Below, piece by piece: positions 50,943 through 54,987 of a stretch of DNA of 54,987 nt. The position numbers were made by a program, and so were the translations under genes. The DNA lies in NCBI GenBank assembly GCA_030650025.1, contig JAUSEN010000016.1:75428-130414 (forward strand), given 5' to 3'. The number at the start of each line of letters is the position of its first letter. Position 1 is the stretch's first letter. The notes under the pieces are model-generated. The model was not told where the DNA came from. It did no database searches and saw nothing but the letters and a program-made list of their open reading frames with translations. Origin of the DNA: Candidatus Magasanikiibacteriota bacterium. Its GTDB lineage: Bacteria; Patescibacteriota; Patescibacteriia; Magasanikbacterales; GWA2-37-8.

Positions 50943-51688
50943 ATAAATGGCGATTAGAAATGTTAATTGTGATAGGCGTATTTTTAGTGTGGTGGTTAGT
51001 GTTTACTTTAAAATTGGTGAGCCCACTTTTAGTGCCACACCCAGGGCTGGTTGCTAAGTCAATGTTTGCGTTATTATTTTCCGCTAAAACATATTTAGAA
51101 ATTGGCGCAACCTTATATAGATTTGGCGCGGGTTTGTTCTTAGGAATATTTTTCGGTTTGCCGTTAGGGCTCTCGATGGAGCTGTTCAGTTTGGTTTATC
51201 GCGCGGTGATTTTCTGGATAGATTTTGTGCGTTCAATTCCTGCCACAGCTTTTATTCCGTGGTCGATTTTAATATTTGGAGTAGGCAGTAATTCTAAGAT
51301 TTTTGTGATTGCATTATTTTCTGGAGCGTATTTTGCGCTAAGTACTTGGTACGGAGTGAAAGCAATTAGCCCGGGGCGTTTGCAAGTTGCAACGTTGCAT
51401 GGGTTTTCTTTGTGGCAAAAAATAATTCATGTGATTATTCCGGAAACCATCGCGCACACTGTTTCGGGGCTGCGTAGCGCAATTACCGTAGCGCTCGTTA
51501 TTTGTGTAGCCGCCGAAATGTTTGTGGGTACAAAATATGGTTTAGGCAAAGTTTTAATAAATTCACAAATAACTTATGAAACTGCCACGCTCTATGCCTG
51601 GATAATTATGATCGGCTTAATTGGGCTTGGCATAAATAAAGCGACACTCATATTAGAGCGTCGCTATGTGCATTGGGTAGGGAAGTAG
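50939..51688 (+). CDS. ABC transporter permease (SsuC/TauC-like, BPD_transp_1)
   Basis: 249 aa, about 6 TM helices, with an ATGA overlap with the ATPase gene. Confidence 0.85.
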   Translation: MNKWRLEMLIVIGVFLVWWLVFTLKLVSPLLVPHPGLVAKSMFALLFSAKTYLEIGATLYRFGAGLFLGIFFGLPLGLSMELFSLVYRAVIFWIDFVRSIPATAFIPWSILIFGVGSNSKIFVIALFSGAYFALSTWYGVKAISPGRLQVATLHGFSLWQKIIHVIIPETIAHTVSGLRSAITVALVICVAAEMFVGTKYGLGKVLINSQITYETATLYAWIIMIGLIGLGINKATLILERRYVHWVGK

Positions 51689-51693
51689 CATGT

Positions 51694-52794
51694 CTAGTTT
51701 AAGTTTTTGATAAATTCATTCAAATTCTTCGGCAGGGAAGATTCGAATTCTTGTTTTTTTCCAGCCAAATCCGTAAACCCAAGTTTAGTGCTGTGCAAAA
51801 ATAGCCGGCCACATTTCTCGTCCAAATTCTTCTTGCGTTTTTTTTGAAAGTAAAGCGAGTCGCCAACGAGAGGGTGGTTATAGGCTAAAAAGTGCACGCG
51901 AATTTGGTGCATGCGGCCGGTGTGCAAGAAAACACGCACGAGTGTGCAATTGGCAAAAACTTTTTCGGTAATATATTCGGTATGCGCTTCTTTGGCACCT
52001 TGAGGAATGTAGGGAGTGACGGGCAGGGCAGCCATGCGGTCGTTATTTTCGCCCCGCGCGATCGGGAAGCGCAGGTGCTCCCAATCGCGTTCGACTTTGC
52101 CATGCACTAGAGCCAAGTATTCTTTAGTAATCTCTCGATTTTTAAATTGATTTTTTAAATTTTCGAAAGATTTTTGAGTGAGAGCCACGACCATAAGGCC
52201 AGAGGCTTCTCTATCTAATCTGTGTACTATTCCCGGTCTAATGTTAGTACTTGAGGATAACTTGCCCCGCACCGGGCCGCGTAGCGGCTCTGGTGCGGGG
52301 TCGCCCACGGTTTTTATTTTGGGAAATTTTTTGATAAGCCAGGATGCTAGGGTGTTGGTTTCGTTTGCTTGGGTGGGATGTACTAATAAACCAGATGGTT
52401 TATTTAAAATTACAAATTCAGAATTTTTAAAAATAATTTCTGGTTCTAACTTCTTTATTGTTGGCTTGTTTTTTAAGAGAGAATTAACGCCCCCTCTCCT
52501 TCGCAAAGGAGAGGGTTGGGGTGAGGTTTCGCTCGCAATGACGACAGTGTCACCCGCGCGCAAGGGCTGGCCGTGTTTGGTGGCGAGCATATTGTTTATC
52601 AAAACTAGCCTCTGGTCGATTAGTTTTTGGATTTGGGAACGAGAAATTCCGGCCAAATCTGTTAAAGCAATATCGAGGCGGGTTTTAACAGCGCCTTCGG
52701 GAATAATAAATTTTTGTCCTGATTTTTTGACAGAAGTCCTTGGAGATTTTTTGGCGGTGGCTTTGGATTTTATCATAATTATTTTAGCGGTCAT
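51694..52794 (-). CDS. rluD: 23S rRNA pseudouridine synthase, RluD/RluA family, with two palindrome-encoded insertions
   Basis: S4 domain (RLDIALTDL...SRSQIQKLI), catalytic motif GIVHRLDREASGLMVVA and HQIRVH. Confidence 0.9.
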   Translation of the reverse strand: MTAKIIMIKSKATAKKSPRTSVKKSGQKFIIPEGAVKTRLDIALTDLAGISRSQIQKLIDQRLVLINNMLATKHGQPLRAGDTVVIASETSPQPSPLRRRGGVNSLLKNKPTIKKLEPEIIFKNSEFVILNKPSGLLVHPTQANETNTLASWLIKKFPKIKTVGDPAPEPLRGPVRGKLSSSTNIRPGIVHRLDREASGLMVVALTQKSFENLKNQFKNREITKEYLALVHGKVERDWEHLRFPIARGENNDRMAALPVTPYIPQGAKEAHTEYITEKVFANCTLVRVFLHTGRMHQIRVHFLAYNHPLVGDSLYFQKKRKKNLDEKCGRLFLHSTKLGFTDLAGKKQEFESSLPKNLNEFIKNLN

Positions 52795-54560
52795 AGTTTT
52801 TGTTTTTCCCAGAGGTCATAAAATCGGCCACGCTGATTGTAAAGCTCTTCAAAAGTGCCGGTTTCTAAAATCGTTCCATCTTCGAGTACCACGATACGGT
52901 CCATTTCTTTGATGGTAGTTAAGCGGTGGGCGATAACCACGGCCGTGACCGACCCAAAGAATTCGTGCAAGGCAGATTGGATTTTTTCTTCGGATTCAAG
53001 GTCTAAATGCGAAGTAGCTTCGTCTAAAAATAAAATCTGGGGGTTTTTGTAAATGGCTCGCGCCAGCCCCACACGTTGGCGCTCGCCGCCCGAGAGCTTC
53101 ACGCCTTTTTCGCCAATCAGGGTATCAAGCCCGTGCGGCAGACGATTTAAGAAATCCGCGACATGAGATACGGCGATGGCTTTAGTGAGGCGCGCTTCGG
53201 TTTGCTCGCTCTCGGGGACCCCGAGCGTGATATTGTCACGCATGCTTAAGTTAAATACCTCGGTGTCTTGAAGCACTACCGCGGCCTCTGTGGCAAAGGA
53301 ATTCGGTTCGATTTGGCGCACATCAGTGCCTCCAATTTTAATGTCGCCGGTAAAGTCAGAGTGTTCTTTGAGAAGCAGTTTAAAAAGAGTGGTTTTGCCA
53401 GCGCCCGAGAGGCCGACAATGCCAACGCGCTCGCCGCGTTTAATGATGAGGTTGACGTTTTTGAGGACTGGGTTGTCACCATAAGCAAAAGAAATATTAG
53501 TGAGAGTGATGTCCTGCCACGCGCTGGGAAAGGCGAGGATGCCAGATACGGCTGGTTCTAAGGCTAAGTGGTGCACGGTTTTAAGACGATTCAGGCGATA
53601 GCGGGCAATGGTAAATTCTTCGGCGCTCTCGGTTAATTGTTCGCTCATGTCGCGCAAGTTCGCAAAATAGTTGTTGAACAAAAGCAAAAATCCGATTTCG
53701 AATGAACCACGCATAACCCCCCAAATGATGTAGGCTAAAAAGAGCATGCGCACCGTGATGGAAAAGGTGTTGGCAATGGCGCCGCCCCCTTGGTAGGCTT
53801 TGATGCGCGCAAAAATTAAACCGGTGAGGCCATCCATTAACTTCACCAGCCGAGCGCGCAGCCAAACGTAAAGGTTCATGACTTTGACAGTGCGAATACC
53901 ATTGGCAATTTCAAAGATAAAGCCGCTCACTTCTTCTTCGGCGGCGTTAACGCGCCGGGCGCGCCGCCCAGCCGAGCGCATGAGCGGGCGGGTGATTAAC
54001 CAATAGGCTAACAAGTAAGCGGCTAAAATAGCGCCCAGGCGCCAGCTAATAAAGGTGATGACTGCCACCATGACCAGACCGTGGCTTACAATGGCAATCC
54101 ATTGGTCTTGGAATAAAAGCAAAATTTTATTAATACCCTCGGCGCCATTGCGAATGCGTTTTATTTTATTACCAGAGTTTTCCGCTTCGTGCGCCAAGAG
54201 CGGCCAGCGCACAAGCATATCGACGCCGGCGATCTCGGCGTCGAGCGCCGCTCGTTCGCGCACGCGGTTGGCAAACCAGCGGCCGCAGCGCTGGCCGGCA
54301 ATGCGCACAAAGTGGCTGCCCATCCAGATGCTAAAATAGGTATAAACTAAACTGGCCGGAGCGCGTTCCGCTAACACGGTAATCATTTTGGCAAACGCAT
54401 AGGGCGAGACAGTAAAGGCCAATTCGGAAGCGAGGCGCAGTATGGTGCCCGCCCAAAAACGGCCGCGATAGGGCCGGACATAGCGCCAGATAAAAGGGAT
54501 TAATTCGCGAGTGCCCATGGGTTGGGTAGAGGCGGAATCAGATGGTGGCAGGGGAGTCAT
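52791..54560 (-). CDS. ABC exporter, fused permease/ATPase (MsbA/ABCB-like)
   Basis: Six-TM ABC_membrane domain, then Walker A GLSGAGKTT, signature LSGGERQ and Walker B ILFLDEATS. ATGA overlap with rluD. The ATG at 54560 (589 aa) is preferred. The track ORF continues to 54932 through a palindromic region that is open on both strands. Confidence 0.85.
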   Translation of the reverse strand: MTPLPPSDSASTQPMGTRELIPFIWRYVRPYRGRFWAGTILRLASELAFTVSPYAFAKMITVLAERAPASLVYTYFSIWMGSHFVRIAGQRCGRWFANRVRERAALDAEIAGVDMLVRWPLLAHEAENSGNKIKRIRNGAEGINKILLLFQDQWIAIVSHGLVMVAVITFISWRLGAILAAYLLAYWLITRPLMRSAGRRARRVNAAEEEVSGFIFEIANGIRTVKVMNLYVWLRARLVKLMDGLTGLIFARIKAYQGGGAIANTFSITVRMLFLAYIIWGVMRGSFEIGFLLLFNNYFANLRDMSEQLTESAEEFTIARYRLNRLKTVHHLALEPAVSGILAFPSAWQDITLTNISFAYGDNPVLKNVNLIIKRGERVGIVGLSGAGKTTLFKLLLKEHSDFTGDIKIGGTDVRQIEPNSFATEAAVVLQDTEVFNLSMRDNITLGVPESEQTEARLTKAIAVSHVADFLNRLPHGLDTLIGEKGVKLSGGERQRVGLARAIYKNPQILFLDEATSHLDLESEEKIQSALHEFFGSVTAVVIAHRLTTIKEMDRIVVLEDGTILETGTFEELYNQRGRFYDLWEKQKL

Positions 54561-54637
54561 GAAAAAATATTTTAAACTATGTGTCTCTATTGTACCAAAC
54601 TCGCACCTATTTCCAAAACAAAGTGAGGTAATGACTT

Positions 54638-54971
54638 CGCACGCTCCGCGTGCGTGGTGGCTTGAAACTGCCCCGTTCGCTCGGAGAAAGCCCCACGCAC
54701 TGGCGAGTACGCCAGCAACCCCGAAAGAAAAAACACTCCTTGCATTTCTGATTTGGCGGGGGTGGGATTTCTTTTGAAAAAGGAAAGGGTGTTTTTCTTT
54801 CGGGGTTCTGCCCTCCAAGTATTCGGGCAGTGCGTGGGGCTTCAATGCGGACGAAGTTTTGGCAACACTATTTTTTGGGGAAAGGATTTGCCAAAACTTC
54901 GGCTGATTTGTTTTTGAATTCGGATGTCGCAAATGGAAAAGGAGGGGTTTGGGGAGGAATTTTCCATTTGC
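54638..54971. repeat. Cluster of long perfect inverted repeats (candidate structured RNA or MITE cluster)
   Basis: - 54638-54654: hairpin CGCACGC-tcc-GCGTGCG.
- 54688-54842: 155-nt four-way structure. The 15-bp outer stem is AAGCCCCACGCACTG/CAGTGCGTGGGGCTT and the ~19-bp inner stem is AACCCCGAAAGAAAAAACAC/GTGTTTTTCTTTCGGGGTT. There are two side hairpins.
- 54852-54901: 14-bp stem CGAAGTTTTGGCAA/TTGCCAAAACTTCG.
- 54929-54971: 12-bp stem GCAAATGGAAAA/TTTTCCATTTGC. Confidence 0.6.
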
Positions 54972-54987
54972 TCCGCTGATTTCTTTT

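Noticed and set aside
52178-52912. 244-aa plus-strand ORF antisense to rluD and the ABC exporter
   Set aside because: It is a shadow ORF across two well-supported minus-strand genes. It is kept open partly by the palindromic inserts.
54561-54932. 124-aa N-terminal extension of the ABC exporter ORF (track start at 54932)
   Set aside because: The extension runs through the long inverted repeats and has no similarity to ABC exporter N-termini. A TGgTACAAT promoter-like box lies inside it. The ATG at 54560 gives a normal ~589-aa half-transporter starting just before the first TM region.
1-54987. Alternative genetic code (UGA recoding, as in some CPR lineages)
   Set aside because: All conserved genes (gyrA, ftsH, uvrA, thrS, rnj and others) give full-length products with the standard code and end at normal stops, several of them TGA. 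There are no in-frame TGA-interrupted conserved genes.

Overview
This 55-kb chromosomal window uses the standard genetic code; long ORFs are intact with UGA as stop. Its gene content looks like a small-genome CPR/Patescibacteria-type bacterium: a DUF4012 protein, VirB2/TrbC-like pilin-domain proteins, a short split-type transketolase, membrane-anchored solute-binding proteins and many leader-poor genes. That taxonomic call is inference only.

Most of the window is housekeeping: rnc (partial), tkt, gyrA, rpsA, ftsH, a PilB/GspE ATPase, thrS, miaA, ribE-ribH, RNase J, secG, uvrA, rplS, gmk, rluD and two ABC systems. There is also a cell-envelope glycan locus with three GT4 glycosyltransferases, a WbaP-like priming transferase and a split OatA-like SGNH plus AT3 pair. 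Two RelB/DinJ-type toxin-antitoxin pairs are present.

RNA features found by hand are tRNA-Lys(CTT), tRNA-Arg(TCG), tRNA-Leu(CAG), an enlarged RNase P RNA on the minus strand, and a compact T-box leader upstream of thrS.

The main hunting result is dense colonisation by at least seven families of short GC-rich palindromic repeats:
- One family (GTAGAGACGCCC...GGGCGTCTCTAC) is associated with a single IS200-like Y1 (RAYT-type) transposase gene. One copy also sits inside that gene, in frame.
- Other palindromes are translated in frame inside conserved genes: the tkt linker, miaA and rluD. This resembles the Rickettsia RPE phenomenon.
- Two further repeat families show compensatory base changes between copies, which argues for selection on structure.

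Other leads:
- a gene pair combining an MgtE-type cytosolic sensor module (PRC + MgtE_N + CBS) with an NRAMP-related transporter that lacks the DPGN and MPH motifs
- a DsbA-like gene next to a 602-aa cysteine-rich pilin-domain protein
- a retroviral-type CCHC zinc knuckle on a DUF4012 membrane protein
- a cluster of long perfect hairpins with GGA/GGAGG loops at the right window edge

No rRNA, CRISPR array, integrase or prophage was seen.
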